Positions 56,285 through 64,000 of a stretch of 64,000 bases of DNA are shown here, one piece after another. Below the pieces are notes generated by a model that had not been told where the DNA came from, made no database searches, and saw nothing but the letters and a program-made list of their open reading frames with translations. Source of the DNA: an uncultured candidate division Zixibacteria bacterium (GTDB lineage: Bacteria; Zixibacteria; MSB-5A5; GN15; FEB-12); the NCBI GenBank assembly GCA_963735035.1, contig CAVTJJ010000006.1:544001-608000 (forward strand), in the 5' to 3' direction. Within the stretch, counting starts at the first letter, position 1; every line of letters starts with the position of its first letter. The position numbers and the translations under genes were made by a program.

Positions 56285-56342
56285 ATCACATCTCCCTGTG
56301 AGGGTTATACTACCACACAGACGAGTATAGGCCGTTTTTTAA

Positions 56343-56789
56343 TTACTTGGCAAGCAATTCCGCGATGAGCTTGTTGACCAGCTTGCCGTCGGCCATACCC
56401 TTGATCTTGGGCATCAGGACCTTCATGACCGCCCCCATTTGTTTGGGAGAATCGGCCCCGACTTCGGCGACTGCATCGGCGCACATTTGACGCAACTCGT
56501 CTTCGCTCAATTGCTTAGGGAGGTACAAAGAAATAACTTCGAGCTCGAAAGTCTCGCTCTTGACCAGGTCTTCGCGGCCTCCGGCGCGGAACTGCTCGAT
56601 AGAGTCCCGACGCTTCTTGGCGGCGCTGGCCAAAACTTCGATTTCCTGCTCTTCGACAAGGTCCTTGCCGACCTCGATCTTGCGGTACTTCAGATCAGAC
56701 TTAAGGCCCCGAAGGACGGTCAGACGTTCTTTGTCGCCGCCCTTGAGGGCCTTAATCGAGTCTTTATCGATCTGCTCGAATATGGACAT
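56343..56789 (-). CDS. yqeY: GatB/YqeY domain protein
   Basis: KKRRDSIEQF..GGREDL..E...YLPKQLS...MGAVMK...ADGK. Confidence 0.93.
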   Translation of the reverse strand: MSIFEQIDKDSIKALKGGDKERLTVLRGLKSDLKYRKIEVGKDLVEEQEIEVLASAAKKRRDSIEQFRAGGREDLVKSETFELEVISLYLPKQLSEDELRQMCADAVAEVGADSPKQMGAVMKVLMPKIKGMADGKLVNKLIAELLAK

Positions 56790-56795
56790 ACGAGC

Positions 56796-56999
56796 TTATG
56801 GTCTTCTATTTTCCAAGAACCTGGCACGCCTCGTTTTGCGCTTAGCGGCCGCCATCTTACGTTTGCGGGTCTCAGACGGCTTCTCGAAATGTTGATGCTT
56901 TTTGTAATCCGAGAGGATGCCAGATTTCTCGCAGAACTTGTTAAAACGACGAAGGGCTCTTTCGAAAGATTCATCGTCACGTACTCTAACTCCGGTCAA
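56796..56999 (-). CDS. rpsU: 30S ribosomal protein bS21
   Basis: [18 protein letters not shown]...FEKPSE.RKRK; TTG start with SD AAGGAGGTG. Confidence 0.96.
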   Translation of the reverse strand: MTGVRVRDDESFERALRRFNKFCEKSGILSDYKKHQHFEKPSETRKRKMAAAKRKTRRARFLENRRP

Positions 57000-57074
57000 T
57001 TGCAGTCACCTCCTTTTCCGGTGTTTCAAGGTTTCGCGGTCGTTCCCCAAGAGGAAACCACCACCCAAGCCTTA

Positions 57075-57103
57075 AATATATCGGCCCTAATAACTTCTGT
57101 CAA
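57075..57103 (-). promoter_or_regulatory. Sigma-70 promoter of the rpsU operon
   Basis: TTGACA-17nt-TATATT. Confidence 0.75.
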
Positions 57104-57158
57104 CAGCCGAATGACACTTTTCGGTTCGATTTTTCCCGGAGCCTGACTGGTAGGTGTA

Positions 57159-57225
57159 GTGGTGTCAGCCGTCTCTGGCTGACACCGGTAACAACACGCT
57201 GTCAGGCAGGGACACCTGACAGCAC
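57159..57225. repeat. REPIN-like inverted doublet, family M
   Basis: GTGGTGTCAGCC-gtctct-GGCTGACACC and inverted GCTGTCAGG..CCTGACAGCAC; related to 43744-43771. Confidence 0.8.
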
Positions 57226-57266
57226 AAAGCAAGAGCCGTAATTGGCTTTTCTGAACTGGGCCGGAC

Positions 57267-57599
57267 TTACTTTTCCAGGTATTTCAAGCGGTCCGCCCCC
57301 CGATTGGACAGAAAATGGATATGAAAATGGGGGACTTCCTGCCCCAGACCGTTATTTATGCCCAACTGGTAGTGGTCCCTGATGCCCAGTTTCGTGGCCA
57401 CGACCTTGGCGGTATCAAAGCAGGCCTGAAGCATTTCTGGCGGTGTGTGCTGGAAATCGGGGTATTCAGGTTTTGAGATAATCAGCAGATGGACCGGGGC
57501 TTTGGGGCGATGGTCGGCGATTACTATCACCTGGTCGGACTCATAGAATATTTTGGCGGGCAGTTCGCGCTGGATTATGCGGGTGAAGATGGTGGACAT
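57267..57599 (-). CDS. HIT (histidine triad) nucleotide-binding protein
   Basis: STIFTRII..ELPA, P.APVHLLII, QEVPHFHIH; start placed at ATG 57599 (leaderless). Confidence 0.9.
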   Translation of the reverse strand: MSTIFTRIIQRELPAKIFYESDQVIVIADHRPKAPVHLLIISKPEYPDFQHTPPEMLQACFDTAKVVATKLGIRDHYQLGINNGLGQEVPHFHIHFLSNRGADRLKYLEK

Positions 57600-57606
57600 G
57601 GGGGGG

Positions 57607-57676
57607 AAGATAGGCGGTGGGGCTCTGTCTGCCAAGCCGGGATTTGCCTTGTGTGGCGCGAACGTGCGGCTATATT
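57607..57676. promoter_or_regulatory. Back-to-back divergent sigma-70 promoters, both giving leaderless mRNAs
   Basis: Minus: TTGGCA-17-TATCTT-7nt-ATG(57599). Plus: TTGTGT-16-TATATT-5nt-ATG(57682). Confidence 0.55.
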
Positions 57677-57681
57677 TCAGC

Positions 57682-58743
57682 ATGATTCGGACACTTAGAC
57701 GGGGCGTGACGTCCGTGCTGCTTTTGGCAACCTCCGTTTTGGGAAGTGAAGCGGTCGGCGCTAAACCCGACCTGGAAGGAAGCTTCGATCCGCGTGTCCG
57801 CAACGACACCCTTTATGTAGTCTTTCGTGTTAGCACCTTCAACCTCGCTACCGATTCGATTAAAATCGAAAGCACGAAAGTGTTCCCTCCCACTGATTCC
57901 GGGACCGAGATCGGGACGCTGGTGGATACAAGTCGTTCGACCGTGGAAGTGTGGGGCACGCTTGAAGTACCCCTGAATCGAAAACCGGATTATAGCCGCT
58001 GGTCCGTTTCGGCCTTCGGTCGGGTCGGTGACTCAAATGTTGTTGTCTCCCGGTGGCAGAGGATGCGGCTGAACGATCTCGGTATCCGCTATCCCATGGC
58101 GTTCGGATTCGGTTATCTCGACGGTAACTTCGGCTCCGGACTGTCGCAGGAAGGGATAGTATGGTCATTCGAAACGGGCCTGTCCTATCACACTGACTAT
58201 TTCCGTTTCGCTTTCGAGACCACCCCCACCGGGAATTGGCGGAAGACCAACGAGACCTCGTTCTCGGAAGGAATCCAACTTAGAACCACGGTGTTCCCAT
58301 ACCGGCGCGAGTTTTGGAGGCCAGCGCTGACTCTTGGCGCATACCAGACCACCATTAAATTGGAGCGGGGCGACCGCAAATTCGACCGCCGGCTCTGGGG
58401 CCTGGAGTCTGGTCTGAGTGTCACCGGTCCGTTCGAGAGGTTCGGTTACGCCTACTGCACGTCTCACGGCGGTTATCACAGGTTTGATGCGTCGTTTTAT
58501 CTTGGACGGATGGGGCCTTCCTACCTGGGCACGCGTTACTCCATATTGCTGCAAGACAAGGTGGTGGTCTATCGGATTCAAGTGGACTGGGAAATCCTGA
58601 TGATCGGCGACGGTGACGCGGATACGCTGGATCGGATCAACCGTCGTCCGTGGTGGCACAAGGCGCTGGCGGGTTCTTCTTTTGTCACGTTTGTCCCGAT
58701 TCTGGCGGTAGGGGGGCTACTCTACCTATGCGGGGTGCACTGA
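57682..58743 (+). CDS. Hypothetical exported or membrane protein
   Basis: Signal-peptide-like N-terminus, amphipathic beta strands, C-terminal hydrophobic helix. Confidence 0.6.
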   Translation: MIRTLRRGVTSVLLLATSVLGSEAVGAKPDLEGSFDPRVRNDTLYVVFRVSTFNLATDSIKIESTKVFPPTDSGTEIGTLVDTSRSTVEVWGTLEVPLNRKPDYSRWSVSAFGRVGDSNVVVSRWQRMRLNDLGIRYPMAFGFGYLDGNFGSGLSQEGIVWSFETGLSYHTDYFRFAFETTPTGNWRKTNETSFSEGIQLRTTVFPYRREFWRPALTLGAYQTTIKLERGDRKFDRRLWGLESGLSVTGPFERFGYAYCTSHGGYHRFDASFYLGRMGPSYLGTRYSILLQDKVVVYRIQVDWEILMIGDGDADTLDRINRRPWWHKALAGSSFVTFVPILAVGGLLYLCGVH

Positions 58744-58758
58744 GATTCCACTGGCCTC

Positions 58759-58787
58759 TTGCCAAGTCGAGGTCGATTCGTTAGATT
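58759..58787 (+). promoter_or_regulatory. Putative sigma-70 promoter of yebC
   Basis: TTGCCA-17nt-TAGATT. Confidence 0.6.
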
Positions 58788-58857
58788 TCAGATTGCGTCG
58801 GTGAGCGATGCTGATTTTGGAAATATGGATTGTTCTGGATAACGGAGGTATGCTGGC

Positions 58858-59610
58858 ATGTCAGGTCACTCAAAATGGGCCACAATTAAGCGCAAAAAAG
58901 GCAAGTTGGATGCGGAGCGCGGGAAAAAGTTCACCCACCTTATTAAGGAAGTGACTGTCGCCGCCCGCGAAGGCGGGGGAGACCCCGATGGCAACCCGCG
59001 ACTCCGAACGGCAATCGCCGCTGCCAAGGCCGACAACATGCCGGCCGACAACATCAAACGCGCCATCCTCAAAGGGACCGGCCAACTTCCGGGGGTATCA
59101 TACGAAGCCATCACCTACGAAGGCTACGGGCCGGGCGGTGTGGCGCTTTATCTCGAAGTCCTGACTGACAATAAGAACCGGATCGTCTCCGAAATCCGTC
59201 ACACTCTCACCAAATACGGCGGCAACCTTGGTTCCAGCGGGTGTGTGGCCTGGATGTTTGCCAAGCGGGGCGTGATTACGGTTGATCTCGACGCGGCCAA
59301 TGAAGATGCCCTGCTGGAAGTGGCTCTCGAAGCAGGCGCCGAAGACCTCAAGAGCGATACGGGTGCTTTCGAAATAGTAATGGACCCGACCGTGCTCGAC
59401 GATGTTCGTCAGGCGATCGAAGGCAAAGGGATCAAGATCGCTTCCGCCGAAGTCACCATGGTGCCGCAGAACACGACTACGCTCACCAAGGAAAGCGACG
59501 CCAGCTCTATGCTGAAGATGCTCGATATTCTGGAAGACATGGATGATATCCAGAAAGTGTATTCCAACTTCGACATCGATCAGAAGCTGATGGAGAAGCT
59601 GGCGGGATAA
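58858..59610 (+). CDS. yebC: YebC/PmpR family protein
   Basis: MSGHSKWATIKRKKG, NPRLR, YEGYGPGG, TDNKNR, VYSN. Confidence 0.96.
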   Translation: MSGHSKWATIKRKKGKLDAERGKKFTHLIKEVTVAAREGGGDPDGNPRLRTAIAAAKADNMPADNIKRAILKGTGQLPGVSYEAITYEGYGPGGVALYLEVLTDNKNRIVSEIRHTLTKYGGNLGSSGCVAWMFAKRGVITVDLDAANEDALLEVALEAGAEDLKSDTGAFEIVMDPTVLDDVRQAIEGKGIKIASAEVTMVPQNTTTLTKESDASSMLKMLDILEDMDDIQKVYSNFDIDQKLMEKLAG

Positions 59611-59618
59611 TCGGGAGA

Positions 59619-59670
59619 GTGGGGCAGACGAGGACCCCCGATCATGTCGGGGGCAGGCTCTGCCGTCCAC
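59619..59670. repeat. Palindromic repeat, family L
   Basis: Contains GTCGGGGGCAGGCTCTGCCGTCCAC (59646-59670), 23/25 identical to 61644-61668. Confidence 0.7.
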
Positions 59671-59684
59671 TACAAACAGACCTG

Positions 59685-59727
59685 AAAGGTCACTCTGAGT
59701 CACGCTCGGGGTGGCCTTTTTTTGTTT
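59685..59727 (+). terminator. Rho-independent terminator after yebC
   Basis: AAAGGTCACTCTGAG/CTCGGGGTGGCCTTT stem (G-U pairs on the + strand) followed by a T run. Confidence 0.8.
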
Positions 59728-59787
59728 CGTGGGGCTATACTCGAAGAATCACAAGTTCGCGGCCTGAAAGTGAAGAGGGCGTAGCCC

Positions 59788-59932
59788 CGTCATCCCGACG
59801 GAAGTCGGGACCCAGTTGTGTTGAATAGAGAACGAAAGCCGATGCTCAAGCCCCCCTTGCGAAGAGAGTCTTCGATCATTGCTACGATGATTCTGCAACC
59901 ATAACTGGGCACCGGTTTTCACCGGTGTGACG
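59788..59932. repeat. CGTC-tagged palindromic doublet, family E (second copy)
   Basis: CGTCATCCCGACGGAAGTCGGGACCCAGTTGTG...CATAACTGGGCACCGGTTTTCACCGGTGTGACG. Confidence 0.85.
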
Positions 59933-59963
59933 GCCTGGCGGCCGTCTCTCGGGTTTCGCCCCC

Positions 59964-61529
59964 CTATTTCAGCAGCACCATCTTCCTTGATTGCACCGCA
60001 TCCCCCGCTGTCAGTTTGTACAGATAGATACCAGAAGCCACCGCGTGACCGATTCTGTCCTTTCCATCCCACTCCACACGATACGTTCCACCCGACAATT
60101 CACGGTTCACCAGAACCCGCATCTCATTGCCAATGATATTGTAAATCGCCAGTCGAGCCGGGCTCTTTTCCGGCAAGCCAAACTCAATCTGGGTGCTCAC
60201 ATTGAACGGATTCGGATAGTTCTGCTTCAATACAAAGTCGGTTGGAAGAACCGGATCATAGTCATAGTCCACATCCAGAGAGCCGGACCAGCCCGAGTAT
60301 ATGAACACCAATCCTCGATGTAAGTGATCTTCGGCGCCAAAGGCAAAGTCATCTATCCCATCCCCGTTGAAATCGCCTATCCCGGTAGCAGAGCGTCCCA
60401 CCTCATACTGTATATCGGGGATATCTGAATTGTGTATACGCACATCTGGTAGGCTGTCGGCATCCGGTCCGCCCAGGAAGATTTCAACCCAACCGGTGCC
60501 GGAAAATGGAAGCGGATTTCCCCTGACTAGATCATCATATCCATCGTTGTTCACGTCTCCGGCACAAGCAACAGCATCCGCCCTTCCAAGTATCGCCAGG
60601 TCTGGCACTGTATCAAAAGCAGGTCCCCCAAAATAGATGAAGGCAGTTGAGTCGTCGGATGGATGCGTTCCGACATAAAGATCCTCATAACCGTCTCCGT
60701 TGAAGTCGAGACACGTCATCCGGTCACCCCAGGAATCATAATTAAGCGAATATGCGCCCGGTCTGGTAATGATCATACTTGGAATCGTGTCGAAAGACCC
60801 TCCCCCGAAATAAACGTAAACCTGTCCGTTCTGGTTGTACTGGGGAGCAGGCCGAAAATTCACTGCAAGGTCAATCTTGCCGTCACCGTTGAAGTCCCCC
60901 GGAATCATCTGTTCAGCAAACACAAAGCTCGGAAGGCTAAGACTCGCCGGAGGAGCAATCCTTCGATCAGGCATCGAGTCCGGTTCCGGCTGCAATTCAA
61001 AGAACAGAAAGGACTGGTAGTCACTCGCAGCGTAGATCAATTCGTCCAGGCCATTTCCGTCGATGTCGTGTCCCCATACTCCTTCCCCCCGAGGTTGATA
61101 CGTGTCGCTGCCTAACCAAATACCGATGATTCCATCATTGGTCGGACCACCCCAATATACTGCTGCGCGCCACATGCCACCTACTCCCGTCCCCGTAGAG
61201 AAGTCACGGAAGCCATCACCATTCAAGTCGCCAAGGTTAGACAGGTAGAAATACACCGAATCACCGATGACCAAATCGGGCACTGTATCGAGCGTCGGAC
61301 CGCCGTAGAAGAGCTTGGCGCGGTACACAGGAGGCTGAGGTATAGTCCCCCAATCATAAACGAGAATATCGTCGTACCCGTCACCATTCTGGTCCCCCAG
61401 AGGGATTATCTCCCAACCCAAAAGCGTGTTTGGTTCACCCCGTATGATGCCAATGAGGTTCGGCAACTGGGCGCTCGCTGCACTGGCACAGAGAAGAAAA
61501 CAGAGTGTGAGTAACGGTCGGAGTTTCAT
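59964..61529 (-). CDS. Secreted FG-GAP/integrin-alpha-like beta-propeller protein with FCB-type C-terminal sorting domain
   Basis: Signal peptide MKLRPLL..; repeated GDxNGDGxDD loops; LKQNYPNPFN...WDG...RKMVLLK. Confidence 0.9.
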   Translation of the reverse strand: MKLRPLLTLCFLLCASAASAQLPNLIGIIRGEPNTLLGWEIIPLGDQNGDGYDDILVYDWGTIPQPPVYRAKLFYGGPTLDTVPDLVIGDSVYFYLSNLGDLNGDGFRDFSTGTGVGGMWRAAVYWGGPTNDGIIGIWLGSDTYQPRGEGVWGHDIDGNGLDELIYAASDYQSFLFFELQPEPDSMPDRRIAPPASLSLPSFVFAEQMIPGDFNGDGKIDLAVNFRPAPQYNQNGQVYVYFGGGSFDTIPSMIITRPGAYSLNYDSWGDRMTCLDFNGDGYEDLYVGTHPSDDSTAFIYFGGPAFDTVPDLAILGRADAVACAGDVNNDGYDDLVRGNPLPFSGTGWVEIFLGGPDADSLPDVRIHNSDIPDIQYEVGRSATGIGDFNGDGIDDFAFGAEDHLHRGLVFIYSGWSGSLDVDYDYDPVLPTDFVLKQNYPNPFNVSTQIEFGLPEKSPARLAIYNIIGNEMRVLVNRELSGGTYRVEWDGKDRIGHAVASGIYLYKLTAGDAVQSRKMVLLK

Positions 61530-61599
61530 TTCATAACCCCCGATACAATATAGCATTGACTGCGCAATTGTCCATTAGAAAAGCTGGGGGATATCCTTG

Positions 61600-61703
61600 C
61601 GGCAGGCACAGAGGCCTGCCGATCACAAATGCTGCCGAATTGAGTCGGGGGCAGGCTCTCCCGCCCACAAAACAATGTCAGGCGTCGAGTCCGCCTGACC
61701 TAC
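61600..61703. repeat. Mosaic of REP families J, L and A
   Basis: Copies matching 33399-33424, 59646-59670 and 30581-30607. Confidence 0.82.
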
Positions 61704-61712
61704 GAGCCCCCC

Positions 61713-61748
61713 AAAGAAAAAGGAGATCGACGAATCGATCTCCTTTTT
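61713..61748 (-). terminator. Rho-independent terminator of the RRM gene
   Basis: AAAAAGGAGATCGA-cgaa-TCGATCTCCTTTTT (TTCG loop on the minus strand). Confidence 0.85.
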
Positions 61749-61768
61749 GACTTTCAAAGCGATTAAGC

Positions 61769-62125
61769 TTAGTAGCCGCGTCCGCCGCCACCGAAGTTGC
61801 GACGTCCACCGCCGCCGCCGCTGCCGCCACCACCACGGTGACCGCCGCCGCCGCCGCTACGACCGCCGCCGCCACCACCTTCGGTGCGCGGGCGAGCTTC
61901 GTTGACGTTCAGCGTCCGGCCGTTCAATTCCTGACCGTTCAGGCCGCTGATGGCCGCAATCGCGGCACTCTTCTCGGGCATCTCGACAAAAGCAAACCCA
62001 CGGGACTCGCCGCTGAATTTGTCGCTGATGATTGCAGCACTAGTGACTTCGCCAAAAGCGGAAAAAGCCTGCCGCAATTGATCTTCTGTCGTGTCAAACG
62101 ACAGGTTACCCACGTAGATATTCAT
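61769..62125 (-). CDS. RRM-domain RNA-binding protein with Gly/Arg-rich tail
   Basis: RNP2 IYVGNL, RNP1 RGFAFVEM, VNEARPR, GGGGR repeats. Confidence 0.95.
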   Translation of the reverse strand: MNIYVGNLSFDTTEDQLRQAFSAFGEVTSAAIISDKFSGESRGFAFVEMPEKSAAIAAISGLNGQELNGRTLNVNEARPRTEGGGGGGRSGGGGGHRGGGGSGGGGGRRNFGGGGRGY

Positions 62126-62294
62126 TCTACTCTCCGATTTAGTTCGCCCGATTCCGTGTTTTGCGGTTTACCGAGACAAACTTGTTCTTGCGCATTATTG
62201 CGCGGCGGTCCCGAATTTCAGCCTATGGGAGGATCTGTCGAATGAAAACACAGTCTTGACCAAAGCGATAACCGAAACCAATTATTGACAGTCC

Positions 62295-62323
62295 AATATA
62301 TCGGATGATAAATCAGATGTCCA
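62295..62323 (-). promoter_or_regulatory. Putative sigma-70 promoter of the RRM gene
   Basis: TGGACA-17nt-TATATT, implying a ~160-nt 5' UTR. Confidence 0.55.
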
Positions 62324-62538
62324 TAGCCATTTATAACTATTTTCGTCCCCAGGAGTTTCAGGAATATGATGTTTTCGGGTCCAGAAACCCCGTTTCCGAC
62401 TCCATTGTTCTTCCCCAAAGCAGTGGCAAAAGTGCCACACCCCCGAGATAATTCATCGAAAAGGGCTGTATTTCCGCCCCTAAACCGTCATTCCGTCACT
62501 TCTTGCGATACCCGACCTGTTCATTCAGTTATCAACCC

Positions 62539-63003
62539 TCAAGTCGATTTCTTCAGAAGGGCAATCTGCCCGGCGTGATACAGGTTGTGCTGCACGATAC
62601 CGTGCAACGAAACATAGACGGTCGAAAACCCTTCCATAATGGGCTCGTCCAGACGGGCTTCATCCACTTGCCTGATCCTGGCGGCCAAGGCATCATACGC
62701 CGATTCCAGGGTGTCCAGAGTTGATCTCCAGGATCGTTCGTCCACTTTCAGAGGCATGGCGGGCCAGTCTTCTTCCGGTGGCAGGTCCCGACGCCCTTCA
62801 CCCACAAGACGGGCGCTTATTTGATTCATCCAAACGGTGACGTGTAGTACGATCTCCCAAATGGTGTGGGCTTCGGGGATGGGTCGGGATACCGCTTGTG
62901 ACGAGGTAAGGTCTTTCAACAATTCTACGAGGGCCGGCCCGTGCCAGGCGCCGCCATGGACCGAGCGGCAGAGTTGGTCGATTATTTTATCGCTCTCACG
63001 CAT
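62539..63003 (-). CDS. DinB/YfiT family protein
   Basis: GAWHGP, HTIWEIVLH, GIVQHNLYHAGQIALLKK; SD AAGGAG before ATG 63003. Confidence 0.88.
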   Translation of the reverse strand: MRESDKIIDQLCRSVHGGAWHGPALVELLKDLTSSQAVSRPIPEAHTIWEIVLHVTVWMNQISARLVGEGRRDLPPEEDWPAMPLKVDERSWRSTLDTLESAYDALAARIRQVDEARLDEPIMEGFSTVYVSLHGIVQHNLYHAGQIALLKKST

Positions 63004-63089
63004 GATTCTCGCTCCTTCAATTGTTAGTCGCATAACAACGAAGCGCGGGGAGAAGTGCCAATCACATTTGCGTTGGAGAGGTGGTGGGC

Positions 63090-63902
63090 TCAGCCCATTA
63101 TGGCTTTGCGAAGGCGGACCTTGTCGCCGATTTCGCACATGAAAGCATGATCTTCGGGGGAGAGGGGGCCCTGATTCAAAGCGGCGACGTTTGCTTCAAG
63201 CTGCTTCAGATTCGTAGGCGCGTTCAGGCAAACGTGGACGTTGGGGTTCGAAAGCACGAAACGGTAGCACTCGCCCGCCGTGGGAAGACGTCCGTCTTTG
63301 GGCCAGCCTTTGGGGCGACGCAACAGGTAGGTCCAGCGGGTGGCAGTGTATCCCACGACGCCCGGGTGGTGGGCTTCAAGATGAGGGAAAATATCCTGCT
63401 CTGCACCCCGATGAGCGGCGTTATACCGGATCATGGTCACATCGGGCCAACCATCCTCGGCCAGTCTGCCGACAAACTTTCGATCATGGCACGAGAGCCC
63501 TATGAAGCGAACCTTGCCCTCCTGGCGAAACTTTATGAATTCCTCCCGGACTTCATCGGTCAGTTGCTTCTCCTTGTTCACTCCCAGGAACAGGAAGACA
63601 TCGATATACTCGCTGCCGATCTGACGCAGCCGCTTTTCCAGAGAACGGCGAAGATTGGGGTATCCCACGATCAGATTGTACGCCCCGGTCGATATGACTA
63701 ATTTCTGGCGCTCCGACGCTGGGAGTTCCCGAAGTGTCTTGGTTAGATGCGTGTCGAAGCCGTAGCCAAAGAAATAGTTGATTCCCCGGTCGAGGGCCGT
63801 CCGCACAACATTGCGTCCGGGACGGTAGGTCGCCGCGAAACCGAGACGATGTACCTGAAGGCCGGTTCGGCCCAAAGTGGTATGAGTGAAATCGGAAGTC
63901 AT
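63090..63902 (-). CDS. Aldo/keto reductase-fold protein with an apparently degenerate catalytic tetrad
   Basis: TLGRTGLQV.RLG, SLEKRLRQIG.EYID, GKVRFIGLSCH, RYN, RFVLSNPNV, QLEANV. Confidence 0.8.
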   Translation of the reverse strand: MTSDFTHTTLGRTGLQVHRLGFAATYRPGRNVVRTALDRGINYFFGYGFDTHLTKTLRELPASERQKLVISTGAYNLIVGYPNLRRSLEKRLRQIGSEYIDVFLFLGVNKEKQLTDEVREEFIKFRQEGKVRFIGLSCHDRKFVGRLAEDGWPDVTMIRYNAAHRGAEQDIFPHLEAHHPGVVGYTATRWTYLLRRPKGWPKDGRLPTAGECYRFVLSNPNVHVCLNAPTNLKQLEANVAALNQGPLSPEDHAFMCEIGDKVRLRKAIMG

Positions 63903-64000
63903 AATCGAACCACAAGTCTAATACATCGGTGCCCTCATTGCCAAGTCAAAAGTTTGCGAGTGTAAAAACAAGTCCTGTGGAAAATTTGCCGAATCACTAA

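Noticed and set aside
62423..62438. GTGGCA-aaag-TGCCAC dyad upstream of the RRM promoter as a second sigma-54 enhancer
   Set aside because: No GG-N10-GC promoter found downstream, and a 6-bp dyad alone is too weak.

Overview
64-kb window of a roughly 55-60% GC diderm bacterium. Two secreted proteins carry the FCB-type C-terminal sorting domain (LxQNYPNPFN...WDG...KMxLLK); together with the overall gene content this suggests candidate phylum Zixibacteria or a relative (inference). The left 28 kb is mostly core operons: two orphan histidine kinases, an oxaloacetate/acetyl-CoA-node cluster (prfB-pta-aspC-pckA-fmdB-glcD-eukaryote-type citrate synthase), an MBL/PHP/mpg/site-2 protease block, an msbA-glycosyltransferase LPS cluster and relA/spoT. 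From about 30.5 to 49.8 kb and 57 to 62 kb the intergenic spaces hold at least a dozen families of REP/REPIN-like palindromes. These are stacked and nested, and matching copies flank accessory genes, several of them AT-richer and several encoding secreted proteins; one gene is flanked by a 46/47-bp direct repeat. Other highlights: a candidate sigma-54-dependent ~100-nt sRNA with an upstream enhancer-like palindrome; a degenerate-HD + fungal-type homoaconitase + PrpD-like module; a Rex/CRP-like operator on citrate synthase; several apparently leaderless genes; a likely catalytically dead aldo-keto reductase; and five unexplained +1 frameshifts (probably assembly errors) besides the canonical prfB programmed frameshift. 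No rRNA, tRNA, CRISPR array, integrase or transposase was recognised. All calls were made by eye, without database searches.
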